From: Octopus sinensis
Taxonomy: Eukaryota
Length of the DNA stretch: 64,000 nucleotides
Direction of reading: 5' to 3'
NCBI RefSeq assembly: GCF_006345805.1
Contig: NC_043002.1
Coordinates: forward strand, 84,754,001-84,818,000
Positions 1 to 12,464 of the stretch are shown here, one piece after another. Position 1 is the first letter of the stretch; each line of letters opens with the position of its first letter. A program made the position numbers and the translations under genes. Below the pieces are notes generated by a model. That model saw only the letters and a program-made list of their open reading frames with translations, did not search any database and had not been told where the DNA came from.

Positions 1-31
1 TGACCCGAGTGAAACCGGGTTCTTCTGCTTG
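1..31 (+). mobile_element. Possible Helitron 3' terminus (body outside window)
   Basis: Hairpin ACCCG-agtgaaac-CGGGT followed by ctgCTTG|T. Resembles the terminus at 51481-51511 but has CTTG instead of CTRR. Confidence 0.3.
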
Positions 32-43
32 TGTGTGTGTGTG

Positions 44-96
<53 letters not shown>

Positions 97-283
97 GGTG
101 TGTGTGTGTGTGTGTGTGTGTGTAATTAAGATTCAGTTGAATTCGGTACTTAAACTGACGCACCTTGCTAGTTCGGTATAGTCCCCATACCTCAGCAAAG
201 TGAAGATATCCTCCCATGTCTTTTTATATAAAGGTACTTTCTATAGTATTTCCGAAGTGCAGAGTCCATCTTTGTTACTTATT

Positions 284-321
284 TATATACGTACACACAC
301 GCACACACACACATATATATA

Positions 322-357
<36 letters not shown>

Positions 358-404
358 TGTATGTATGTATGTATGTATGTATGTATGTATGTATGTATGT
401 ATGC

Positions 405-460
<56 letters not shown>
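284..460. repeat. Compound microsatellite (CA/TA/ATGT/GT)
   Basis: Seen directly; explains the ORFs at 200-595. Confidence 0.95.
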
Positions 461-466
<6 letters not shown>

Positions 467-709
467 GACAAATTAGAGCGAAGAGATAACAAAGTATCGG
501 TAAAGAAATTTGAGAAGTTTGAAAAAAAAATGCGAAACCGGTTATTTCTCCAAAAACAATGTTACTTTACACAAAATTTTATAACATTTTTCTAGCATAA
601 CGATTCAAATATATTCTTTAACCATATAACAGAAGTCTTCTGTAATTTTTCACTCTATTTTGTTTTTTATACATCCAACCACGTGCTTTCACATACGAAC
701 TCTCTCAGA

Positions 710-759
<50 letters not shown>

Positions 760-785
760 TGTGTGTATAAATATATATATGTACG

Positions 786-847
<62 letters not shown>

Positions 848-848
<1 letters not shown>

Positions 849-1038
849 TGTCTTGTACTCTATTTTTTCGTTGTTTAAGAAAAATGTCCATTTCCTTGGT
901 TTTGTGTTTATGTTTTAGTTTCTCATTGTGTTCAACGTTTTTGGTGTCCTGTACCCATATATGCATGTATATATACATATAGATGTAGGTACGTACATAT
1001 ATGTATGTATATATGCATATGTTTTATTTATTAATTGG
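848..1038 (+). repeat. Partial inverted copy of the repeat at 6018-6213
   Basis: tatgtcttgtactc...ttttatttattaatt is near-identical to the reverse complement of 6020-6213. The left edge abuts (TA)n. Confidence 0.85.
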
Positions 1039-1108
1039 TTCTTATATGACGGAACGCACGCATCCATTTCTAAGTAAGTTTTATCTTAATATATATATAT
1101 ATACATAG

Positions 1109-1858
1109 AATGAAAATAAGACAAATTCTTTAACACATTTTGAATAATAAGGTTACACATGTTTTCGTTCAATCTCCATTTGCGTCTCCAGTTTACTCGA
1201 AAATTTTGAAAGAAAAATTACGTAATATATTAGGCATTGGACAGCCACTTCATCAGACTGGTATCAAAGTCAAGCTATTACATTGTGCGTCTATCAAACC
1301 TTGTTGTTACGAAAGTATCGGGAGGAAATAAAAAGGAAAAAAAATAAGTGTGTATGCGGGATGGGTCACTGGGAAAGAAATTATGTGGTGTGTGTGGGGG
1401 GGGGAGTCAAGAGGGTGAATAGGAGGGAGAAAAGGAAGGCGGGGGAACGAATAGAAGGCAAAAGAATAGAATCAGAAGACGGAGAAGGAAAGTAAGAAGT
1501 AGTTTCTTTCCTTCACCGTCTTCCGATTCTTTTCTTTCGCCTTCTTCTATTCGCCTTCTTCCTTTTCTCCCTCCTATTTTTATACGTATTTACTCTCTTG
1601 ATTCCCCCCGCCACATATCCCGCATACACACTTTTAATTTTTTCCTTTTTATTTCTTCCCGATACTTTTGTAACAACAAGGTTTGGTAGACGCACCAGTC
1701 TGATGGTATGCCTCTCCAATGCCTAAAATCGCATATATTACGTAATTTTCTTTTAGAATTTTCGAGTAAACTAGCGTTGCAAATGGAGATGGTACGGAAA
1801 CATGTGTAACTTATTATTAAAGATGTGTTAAAGAATATTTTTTGTCTTCTTTTCATTG
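1109..1858. repeat. Long diverged inverted repeat (arms about 1109-1491 and 1505-1858)
   Basis: Arms align as reverse complements with indels, e.g. gtttactcgaaaatt / aattttcgagtaaac and gaagacggagaaggaaag / ctttccttcaccgtcttc. Confidence 0.85.
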
Positions 1859-2089
1859 CATTATTTACTCTTCGCCAAACCATTTGACGGTATAATCGTC
1901 GTGAAATTTGGATTTTCTGCACCAAAAATATTCCGACTTAGGCTTGGATCTCAACAGTGTTGCTAGCACAGTATTCTGGTTGAGTGCTTCTCTGGAAATA
2001 CCCCAACTTCGCACACAACTAGCTAAATATATATATATCCCCTACTTCTTCGCCCTCCTGAGTGCCCGGCAGTCGCCATGATAGAGCGG

Positions 2090-2185
2090 TAACCACTACA
2101 CACATTTTTTTCTCTCCTTGTTTCTTTCTGTGTTCCTCTCTGTGAAGAGAATAGGCTCGAAACGTAAAAGACTTTTTCAATTCCT
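2090..2185 (+). mobile_element. PLE-derived terminal-repeat-like fragment (same family as 19155-19325)
   Basis: Shares ggctcgaaacgtaaaagacttttt with the reverse complement of 19238-19265; hammerhead-like fold at 2136-2170. Confidence 0.55.
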
Positions 2186-2228
2186 ATTTCAGTCGTCCTT
2201 CAGTTTTTCTCAACCCCGTAAAAAGAAC

Positions 2229-3428
2229 TCAGAAGGTTGGGCCTCCAACTAGGGCCTTGTAGCAGCGATCACTTCCGAATCGGAGTGAAATTTCGTTCTC
2301 TTGAGATGTTTCTTCAGTTGTTGGGAAGTGGTGATAGTCGGAAGGGGCAAAATCAGGAGAGTAAGGTAGGTGGTTTACCAACACGAAGCCAATGTTGCGT
2401 ATTTTCCGTAGAGTTTCATGTGCTCTGTATGCTGATGCATTGTCCTGCAAAAACAGGATACCAAAGCTCAGCTTTCCTTGGCGTTTCTATTTCAAAGCTC
2501 TATCAACAAAAACATGTAGTACTCTGCGTTGATGGTGTGACTCTTTGACAGGTATTTAATGAGGAGTGCTCCGTCTTTTTCCCAGAACACTGAAGCCAAA
2601 ACACAGAAAGGCGGCGAGCTGGCAGAAACGTTAGCACGCCGGGCGAAATTCTTTGCAGTATTTCGTCCGCCGCTGCGTTCTGAGTTCAAATTCCGCCAAG
2701 GTCGACTTTGCCTTTCATCCTTTCGGTGTCGATTAAAAAAGTACCATTTACGCACTGGGGTCGATATAATCGACTTAATCCTTTTGTCTGCCCTTGTTTG
2801 TCCCCCTCTATGTTTAACCCTTTGTGGGCAATAAAGAAATAAGTACACTGAAGCCAGAATCTTTTCAGCTGACTTCCGAGTCCGAAAGTTCTTGGTGAAT
2901 CGCTGTGGTGCCATTCCATTGATTGCCGCTTGGTCTGAGGATCATAATGATGAAACCAGATTTCATCCATAGTGACTGAACGAGCCATAAAATCAGCTTC
3001 TTCCGCTGCAAACCGGTCCAAAATCGCCTTTGATGTCATCATTCTGATGTGCTTTTGATCTGCGTTCAGGCATTTCGGCACCCATTTTGCAGAAAACTTT
3101 CTCATGTCCAGAATGTTGTGAATAATGTGATTAAGTCCTTCGCGGGAAATTCCCAGAATCTCAGCTATGACTTTTGTTGAACTCCAGCCGTCCTCGAGAA
3201 ACATGACGTGCACAGCGTCAGCTCTGCTCTCTGCGGTCGCGGAAGTTGGTCGTCCTGACCGGGGTACATCTGTGGACTTGAAATAATCAGTCAGGAACTT
3301 TGAATAAGATAGGTAGCCATCCTTCAACATATCTCCTACTAAACAGTTGTCCTACCTCCCCTGCAAAGGTAATAACATTACCTTTCACGACGCCCTTAAA
3401 GCCAGGGACTTTTCGGTACCTCCTCATG
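2229..3428 (-). mobile_element. Decayed mariner transposon interrupted by SINE B
   Basis: Motifs GRP, WVPKCL, VTMDEIW, QDNASAY, HLPYSPDFAPSDY across frames; TIR-like end at about 3398-3428. Confidence 0.9.
2610..2843 (+). mobile_element. SINE family B (tRNA-like head, Meta-like body, tail type 1) with 12-bp TSD
   Basis: A/B-box-like tggcagaaacgtt / gagttcaaatt; body gcctttcatcctttcgg; TSD acactgaagcca at 2587-2598 and 2845-2856. Confidence 0.9.
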
Positions 3429-3486
3429 TGTGTTTATATATATATATATATATGAATATATATATATACATATATATATAAAGGGT

Positions 3487-3690
3487 AAAGACCCCCTTCG
3501 GTCATGAATGACCATGGGATTGCACCTAGAAAGTTACCCTCCTAGACACAAGTCCGGGCACGGTTGTTTATGGAAGACCAGCAGTCGCCCATGCATACCA
3601 GCCTCCCCTCTCCACGCCACCAGTGTTATCCAAGGGAAAGACAAAGGTCGATACAGCTTGGCACCAGTGACGTCGCAACTCATTTCTACA
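3487..3690 (-). mobile_element. SINE family C fragment
   Basis: gaccccttcggtcatgaatgaccat...gaagaccagcagtc recurs at 35455-35570. Strand is inferred. Confidence 0.65.
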
Positions 3691-3775
3691 ATATATATAT
3701 ACATATATACATATGTACATAAATACATTATATACATACATACATATATACATACATACATACATATATATATAT

Positions 3776-3862
<87 letters not shown>

Positions 3863-3871
3863 TTATATATA

Positions 3872-4082
3872 TCATTCAAAATGTGACCGCGTGCGTACCG
3901 TTGGCAATTTTTTTCCTCTGTCTTCCCTTCTCTGTATCTTTCCTTCTCCTATGTTTCCGACGAAGAGCTCCGCTCGAAACTTTAAACCCTCCTTCTTCCT
4001 TCTTTCCTGAGCATCCAATAATAATATATTTGTTCCACGTCCTTGCGTTGTTGTGTTTTTTTGTGCTTTCTTGCTTGGCTTA

Positions 4083-4085
<3 letters not shown>
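3872..4085 (+). mobile_element. PLE-derived terminal-repeat-like element in (TA)n
   Basis: Homologous to 57240-57505; hammerhead-like motif at 3953-3987; flanked on both sides by (TA)n. Confidence 0.6.
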
Positions 4086-4121
<36 letters not shown>

Positions 4122-4186
4122 ATATATATATAATATATTATTATATATAATATATATATGAATATATATATATGAATATATATATA

Positions 4187-4239
<53 letters not shown>

Positions 4240-4271
4240 TACATTACATACATACATACATACATACACAC

Positions 4272-4673
4272 ATATTCTTTTATTCTTTTATTTGTTTCGA
4301 AAATTTGACTGCGGCCATTCTGGAGCACCGATTTTAGTCGAACAAATCGACACCAGGTCTTATTCGTTGTAAGTCTAGTACTTATCCTGTCGGTCTCTTT
4401 TGCCGAACCGCTATGTTACAGGGACGTAAACACACCAACATCGGCTGTCAAGCGATGGTGGTGGACAAACACAGACACACAAACATACACACACACGCAC
4501 ATACACACACATATACAACGGGATTCTTCCAGTTTCCGTCTACCAAATCCCCTCATAAGGCTTTGGCCGGCCCGTGGCTATAGTTGAAGGCACTTGCCCA
4601 AGGTGCCATGCAGTGGGATTGGACCTGAAACCATGTGGGTGGTACGCAAGCTACTTACTACACATCCACTCCT
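4272..4673 (-). mobile_element. SINE family A (tRNA-like head, CORE-like segment, internal CA/TA tract)
   Basis: Minus strand contains accttgggcaagtg (CORE-like). About ten homologous copies in the window. Confidence 0.9.
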
Positions 4674-4676
4674 ATA

Positions 4677-4755
<79 letters not shown>

Positions 4756-4762
4756 ATATATA

Positions 4763-5068
4763 GCAATTAAGGACAACTACTTAATAAGGAAAACTTAACA
4801 AGAAATTGTCTGTTGAGCAGTTAGCTGATCGGCTTAAGCGGGGCAGGGTCGTTGTTTATTTATAATACATTCAGGCCTGCTGATGAGTACGTAAGTATGA
4901 AATCACTGTGATACAGGTCTATATTTTTTTAAATGTCTACTTTGAAAAATGCATTCGGTTGGGGTATTAGTAATATTTTTGGTAGAAATGACTAATTGTC
5001 CCTCTTAGCGTTTGGCATGTATGTATAATGCCTTCTGGCATGTATGTATAATGCCCTCTATATATAAA
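4763..5068 (+). mobile_element. Short hammerhead-bearing element between (TA)n tracts
   Basis: Both termini are shared with 32775-33192; contains the hammerhead at 4873-4920. Confidence 0.8.
4873..4920 (+). ncRNA. Type I hammerhead ribozyme motif
   Basis: Stem I AGGCCTG/CAGGTCT (7 bp, one G-U); core CTGATGA; stem II GTAC-gtaa-GTAT; GAAA; stem III ATCA-ctg-TGAT; AUA triplet; predicted cut after 4913. Confidence 0.85.
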
Positions 5069-5156
5069 TATATATATATATATATATAATGTATATATAT
5101 ATACACACACACACACCACCCACCCACACACCCACCCACACACACACACAACACAC

Positions 5157-5212
<56 letters not shown>

Positions 5213-5253
5213 ATGTATACATATATACATATATGTATACATATATACGTTCA

Positions 5254-5992
5254 CAGGCATACCTCGGCTTAAGTCGTTTCAATTTAAGTCGTTCTCTATT
5301 AAACTTCGGTTTTCAAAAATAATATATGGAAAAATAAAAACGAGTCAAGTCATTTTACTCGACTTTACATCTGTCCGCCACAATACTGGAATCGTAAAAT
5401 CACTAGAAAACCGTTAATAAATAAGAATAAAAGCTTATAAAATCATATTAAAATACGTACAGTAAATGTTAAGATACGCATCACAAAGTAGTGTGGCTTA
5501 GTGAACGAAATCGAGAAATCACGAAATCACCAAATTTATGTGTGTATTGGTAAATTTAAAATAATCTAGTTTTCTTTTTACTATTACAAAATAATACTAA
5601 TAACTGAATTTGTTTTTAAAGCTTAAAAATGGCTTTTATTTCACCATGCCTTATTGCAAATTGCATTCATAAATAAAGCGTCTGCGATGTACGGTAAACA
5701 CCGCCAAATTGTATTCATACGTTTAGATTACGTTTTTTTCTTTACTGTACTATATAAAAAAAATAAAAATCATTTGTTTGTAAACTTAAAATACGTTTTT
5801 ATTTACTATGTATTATTGAAAATGCATTCATAAATAAAGTACAGAACTGGGAATGGTTATTATCGGTTTAACCTAGAGACAAGTAAATTCGGCCTAGCCT
5901 AGCCTAGAGACAAGTTAATTCGACTTAAGTTGTTTTTCGATTTATATCGTGTCTCGTGAAACCAATTAACGACGTTGAATTAGGTATGCCTG
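5254..5992. mobile_element. Tigger/pogo-like MITE
   Basis: TIR CAGGCATACCT (5254) / AGGTATGCCTG (5982-5992), followed by TA on the right. The terminus resembles Tigger1-type TIRs. Confidence 0.75.
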
Positions 5993-6017
5993 TACATATA
6001 TATATATATATATATAA

Positions 6018-6752
6018 TAACAAATTAATAAATAAAACATATGCATATATACATACATATATGTACGTACCTACATCTATATGTATATATACATGCATAT
6101 ATGGGTACAGGACACAAAAAAAAAGCGTCGAACACAATGAGAAACTGAAATATAAACACAAAACCAAGGAAATGGACATTTTTCTTAAACAACGAAAAAA
6201 AGAGTACAAGACATACAACACAAGGAAAATTCCCCTTCTTCGGCCGCCTCTGTTTTATCTACTCCGCGTGTCGAAGGTAAAGACGAGACCCGACTTAGTT
6301 GAAACAATCCTTCCCGCAAAAGCAGATTAAATAAAATTTGCGATTTTTTTGCGGAGGGATAAAAATGGTAACAAAAACAGGACAGTAAAGACTTCGTGGA
6401 GCTTTAGATGTTTCGCTCAATAGACACATACAAAGAAGTAAAACGCTTATAATTATGAACAAGTCACAATTATAATTAAGAGGTTTTAAAAAATCCCTAC
6501 ATGTTAAAGATAGCAACCAAAACCACTATAAAGCCATTATATCACTCATATTATTTCTCCTCACGATAAGAACTGTCTTCCGGCGACATGACGAATAGAA
6601 TCGTCAACTTAAAAATAACTGGTTAATTCCTTATTGCAATTTCGACGTTAGGGACCTATTAAGGAACCCTTTCGTTTCGTCAAGGGAAATATTCCTATAG
6701 ATAGAAATCAAAGCAAAAGATGAAGACAGGTGTATGAATAATAAGCAGGTGT
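6018..6752 (-). mobile_element. PLE-derived repeat with degenerate hammerhead (6625-6690)
   Basis: Minus strand reads ttgacga...cgtc GAAA ttgcaat a aggaat, with palindromic stem III ATTGCAAT; bounded by (TA)n. Confidence 0.5.
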
Positions 6753-7479
6753 ATATATATATATATATATATATATACATAAATATTTCATATAAAATTA
6801 GTGTACATTTATACACAAAAGAGGTGAGCCTAACAGGACACCTTACATGCTAAAAGGAACAGTCAAAGCCCAAACCACGGTTAAGAGTAATTTCGAAGGG
6901 GATGAAAGCATTTTCACTAGTTACCACATGTTTTTTGAATATCAATGAACAAATAAAATAATTTGCCATCCGTATTCTCTTCAGCATGGGCGCTACAATT
7001 AATATTTTAGTTTCCCTCTACCAAAGGCTCAGAACGTAACAACGGACAAAATGCCACTAAGGAATTTTTCTGGCGTTCCTAACGATTCTGCCAGCTCGCC
7101 GCCTTCACTGTAGTATAATTATAGTTTTTTTTCATATTTCGGCACTAGGCCAGCAATTTCGACCCAGGCGCCAGATCGCTGCCTCTTCTGTAACGTAATT
7201 ATTTAAAATTTCGAAGTTGTAGTAGCCCATAAAAGGTATCTGTTTTTGCATGTTTCCAGTTAGTTAGCACATATACACACACGCACACACTCACACACAC
7301 AACCATACACACGCGCGCGCGCGACAGAAAGACGAACGTTTGTGGCCTGAACGACCGCCCATCCTATTTTCCTATCAATTTTTCCCTATCTTCTATCTTT
7401 CTATGTCTGTCCGTTACCTGTCTATGTACAACTAAACAAGTGCACACACTCAAACACGCGTATGCACACAGACACTCAC

Positions 7480-7489
7480 TCTCACATAC

Positions 7490-7556
<67 letters not shown>

Positions 7557-7847
7557 TGTATGTATGTATGTATGTACGTATGTATGCATGCATGCATGCA
7601 TGTATGTATGCATGCATGCATGCATGCATGTATGTATGTATGTATGTATGTATGCATGCATGCATGCATGCATGTATGTATGTATGTATGTATGTATGTA
7701 TGTATGTATAGAGACAGAAATAGAGAGAGGGAGAGAGAGACAGAAATAGAGAGAGGGAGAGAGAGAGAAAGACAGATAGCGAGAAAGAGAAGAGCATCGA
7801 GCAAGAGACAGAAAGAGAGAGACATAGACATAGAGAGAGTGAGATAG

Positions 7848-7889
<42 letters not shown>

Positions 7890-7890
7890 G

Positions 7891-7955
<65 letters not shown>
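7480..7955. repeat. Compound microsatellite (ATGT/ATGC/GA/GATA)
   Basis: Seen directly. Confidence 0.95.
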
Positions 7956-8364
7956 TGACGACAAAGTGTGAAAGAGAGAAAGCATTATATTTTCTTTCGA
8001 AATTACAAAATAAGACGTTTTATTATAAACACAAACGCACGCGCGCGCACACACACACACACATTCTCACACACACACAAACACACACACATATTCATTT
8101 ACACATATATCAAATACACACATCAATATGCACAAACGAGCGCGCGCACACACACACACACACACAGAGCAACACAAACATTTGCACATATATCGAAATA
8201 CGCACATCAATATGCAGAAACGCACACACACACACATACAGCAACACAAACATTTTCGCATATATCCAAATACACACAACTATACACACATGCATCCACG
8301 CGCGCACAAACACACACACGTTCGCTCACAGAATCATACGCATATATCTACGTGCATATACATT

Positions 8365-8590
8365 TCTTTACTACCCACAAGGGGCTAAAAATAGAGGGGA
8401 CAAACAAGAACAGACAAAGGGATTAAGTCGATTACATCGACTCCAGTGCGAAACTGGTACTTTATTTATCGATCCCGAAAGGATGAAAGGCAAAGTCGAC
8501 CTCGGCGGAATTTGAACTCAGAACGTAACGACAGACGAAATACCGCTAAGCATTTCGCCCGGCGCGCTAACGTTTCTGCCAGCTCGCCGC
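8365..8590 (-). mobile_element. SINE family B, tail type 1
   Basis: Reverse complement of the 2610-2843 and 26662-26881 copies. Confidence 0.9.
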
Positions 8591-8749
8591 TGCATATAAG
8601 CACACGTCTGCGTGCGCGTACGCCTGTGTTCGTTTTGGATTGTTACGTTTAATATGTTGTTCTTATAGAAAATGAGATATAATTTTTGATGCCAGGTTAC
8701 GAATTCCATGTAGGCCCCGAGTGGCTACACCATTGTATATACGTGTGAT

Positions 8750-9170
8750 TCACCCTCTGTGTGTCCGTGTGTCCGTATGTCCGTGTATGTGTGCATTTAT
8801 CAGCGCTATATGTGTTTGCACAGGTATATATGTATCGGTGTGTTTGTAATGTGTGTCCGTGTGTGTACGTGTGTACGAGTGTGTGTATGTATGTATGAAT
8901 GTATATATGTATGTGTATGTATGTATGTATGTATGTATGTATGTATGTATGTATGTATGTATGTATGAATGTATGTATGTATGTATGTATGCATGCATGT
9001 ATGTATGTATGTATGCATGTATGTATGTATGTATGTATGTATGTATGTTTTGTATGTATGTATTTATGTATGTATCAATTCCAAACAAAAGCATTTGGCC
9101 ATTTCGACAGCACACAAACACACACACACATACACACATACACACACATTCGCAAACATAATTTCATATT

Positions 9171-9227
<57 letters not shown>

Positions 9228-9467
9228 ACATATTTATGCATGTGTTTGTATATATATATATATATGTATATATTTGTGTATGTGTGTATATATATATATA
9301 TACACACACACAAATATGTGCCCACACGCATATATGCGGATATGTTTGGATATAGTATATACAAAGGTATATATTTATATATTTAATTTGTGTGTGGTGT
9401 GTGTGTACTAACACTCATGCACATATATACATAGGTTAGTATATATATATAATATATATATATATAT

Positions 9468-9532
<65 letters not shown>

Positions 9533-10024
9533 CATATATACATACATATAAATATACATACATATATATATATATTATATACATACATACATATATATAT
9601 ATACATACATACAACATTGATATATTATACTATATATATAATACGAACTCATATAAATGGATATAGGTATGTGTGCGTGTATATGTGTGTATATATATAT
9701 ACATATGTATGTACATAAACATAATTCTGCTTGATAAGTTGTGTAATGTGTCATTCCGCTTTCCGTTATCTATGTGTACGATTAACACGAATCTACAGAA
9801 CTGCACATATCGACACATACACACTTCAAAGACTCGCATACCTTCATATGCACACGCTTGCATATGTTTGTACGAGTATATACATATGCACATATACGCA
9901 GATATAATAGTATGTATATGCACACATTCTTGCGAATACACGTTAACACAGACACACATTTACACATGTAAAAACGCACACACAGACAAACATAGACACA
10001 CACAACAAACACACACATATTATA

Positions 10025-10056
<32 letters not shown>

Positions 10057-10283
10057 CATACATACATACATACATACATATACATACATACATACACACA
10101 TATATATACACACACACACACACACCAACATCATCATCATCATCGTTTAACGTCCGTCTCTCTTGTCTCTCTGTCTCTCTCACTTTGGCTCTGTCTCTGT
10201 CTATATATGTATATATATGTACACAGATATGCATATGTATTATTTATATATATATATATAAATTATATATAGATAATTATATA

Positions 10284-10334
<51 letters not shown>

Positions 10335-10535
10335 TACACACATATATTTATATTATACATATATCATATGTATGTATATATATATATTATATATATATAT
10401 ATTTATATAATCGCCAAACACACAGAGACAATAGACACACACACATAGACATTCATGCATTCATACACACACGTACATACATACATACATACATACACCT
10501 AACATATACATATATATAATATATATATATATATA

Positions 10536-10575
<40 letters not shown>

Positions 10576-10920
10576 AATACATACATACGCACAATCATAC
10601 ATGCACGCATCATACATACATACGCACATACATACTTATGAAAATACTGCAATATAGAAATATGTACATTAATTCCTAGCCTGCAACTAAATTCAACGAA
10701 GTCACGAACAAGTTTCTTGTGTGTCTAATACTATTGAAAGAGCAATATTGGATTCTTCAAACGGTATATCTGTAGAAATCTTCCTGTTTCTATTTGGTTC
10801 TGTAGCGAAATAGCTGGCAGATCATTTAAATGAGAAATATTTCGCCGGTAAAAAAATGTATTTTATCCTGGTGGTTCGCAGCTGGGAAAAACACGCCGAT
10901 CAGATGACATAGATATAGTG

Positions 10921-10960
<40 letters not shown>

Positions 10961-10965
10961 GCGCG

Positions 10966-11000
<35 letters not shown>

Positions 11001-11154
11001 GCACGCACGCACGCACACACGCACACACGCACGCACACACGCACAAACTCATACACACACACAGAAATAAACACAGACACATACATGCGCGTTTATATAC
11101 ATACATGTACACATATACGCGCACGCATACACATATGTATGTATTTATATGCGC

Positions 11155-11190
<36 letters not shown>

Positions 11191-11474
11191 ATCTATGTAC
11201 ACAGACACACATCTGTATGTATATAATTAAACAGATGACAAGACAGCGACATACATATATACGTGCACACATACATTCAGCCATTACAAATACGCATAGA
11301 CACCCAAAAGTACACGCGCACACGCACACACAGGCACACACACGCGGGCCCTCACGCACATATACGCATTCATATACAGAACACGTACTTAAACGCACGC
11401 ATATGAAAAATATTTAAATGTGTGCTTATGCGTGTACATATTTATGTGTGTGTATGTATGTATGCGTGTGTATG

Positions 11475-11515
<41 letters not shown>

Positions 11516-11950
11516 GTATGTATATGCATATCTATGTGTACATAGGTACAGCTATGTGTGTGTATATATATAATTTATATATGCGTATATTTGTGTGCAT
11601 ATATATATATAAATTTACACACACACATACACACACACATACACACACATACACACACACATACACACACACATACACACACACATATAAATAATACATA
11701 CGTATCTGTCAGTATATATGTCACATATTTACAAGCAGTATGCATGTACATCCTACCCACATATTTCTATGCATACATACATACATACATACATACATAC
11801 ATACATACATACATACATACATACATACATACATACACACATACATACATACATACATGTATACATACATACACACACATACATACATACATGCATGCAT
11901 GTATATAAACGTGCATACATACATAAATGCATACATATATACATACATAC

Positions 11951-11982
<32 letters not shown>

Positions 11983-12050
11983 GTGTGTGTGTGTGTGTGC
12001 GCGTGAGTGTGTATATGCAACTGTATATGTTTGTTCGCAGGTGTGTTTAG
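8750..12050. repeat. Microsatellite-dominated block (ATGT, TA, CA, CG/CA)
   Basis: Seen directly; source of many spurious ORFs. Confidence 0.9.
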
Positions 12051-12464
12051 CTAACAGATTCACATTTAATTCACAACGCATATCTTAACTCATCTAAAAA
12101 TGTGGTTACGTCTCACTGGGAGGGTTGAATATTGAGTTCAACATTTATGAAACTAACTAGATCTATGATAACAATGTCGTTGAATAAAATAGAATTCTAA
12201 AATATATCGTAGAAAGGTGACATGTCTATATTACCTTCAATCCAGGGTATTATATATTTGGTGTTATAAATGAGCCCATTTCATCAGTCGGGAAATCAAA
12301 TATCGAATGTCTCCTTTATATAATGCCAGTTAGGAAAATTCTTGATTCTGAAGATCATTTCACCTTGTCACATGGAGCAAGTCTTAATTTCTCTTTTGGA
12401 ATTATCACGCATCCCCTTGATGCGGAGATAATTTTAGTAAGTCAAATATTTGGTGTAAGGTGTA

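Noticed and set aside
848-6213. Single large transposon with 190-bp TIRs
   Set aside because: The right copy continues outward into the 6018-6752 repeat and no TSD is seen.
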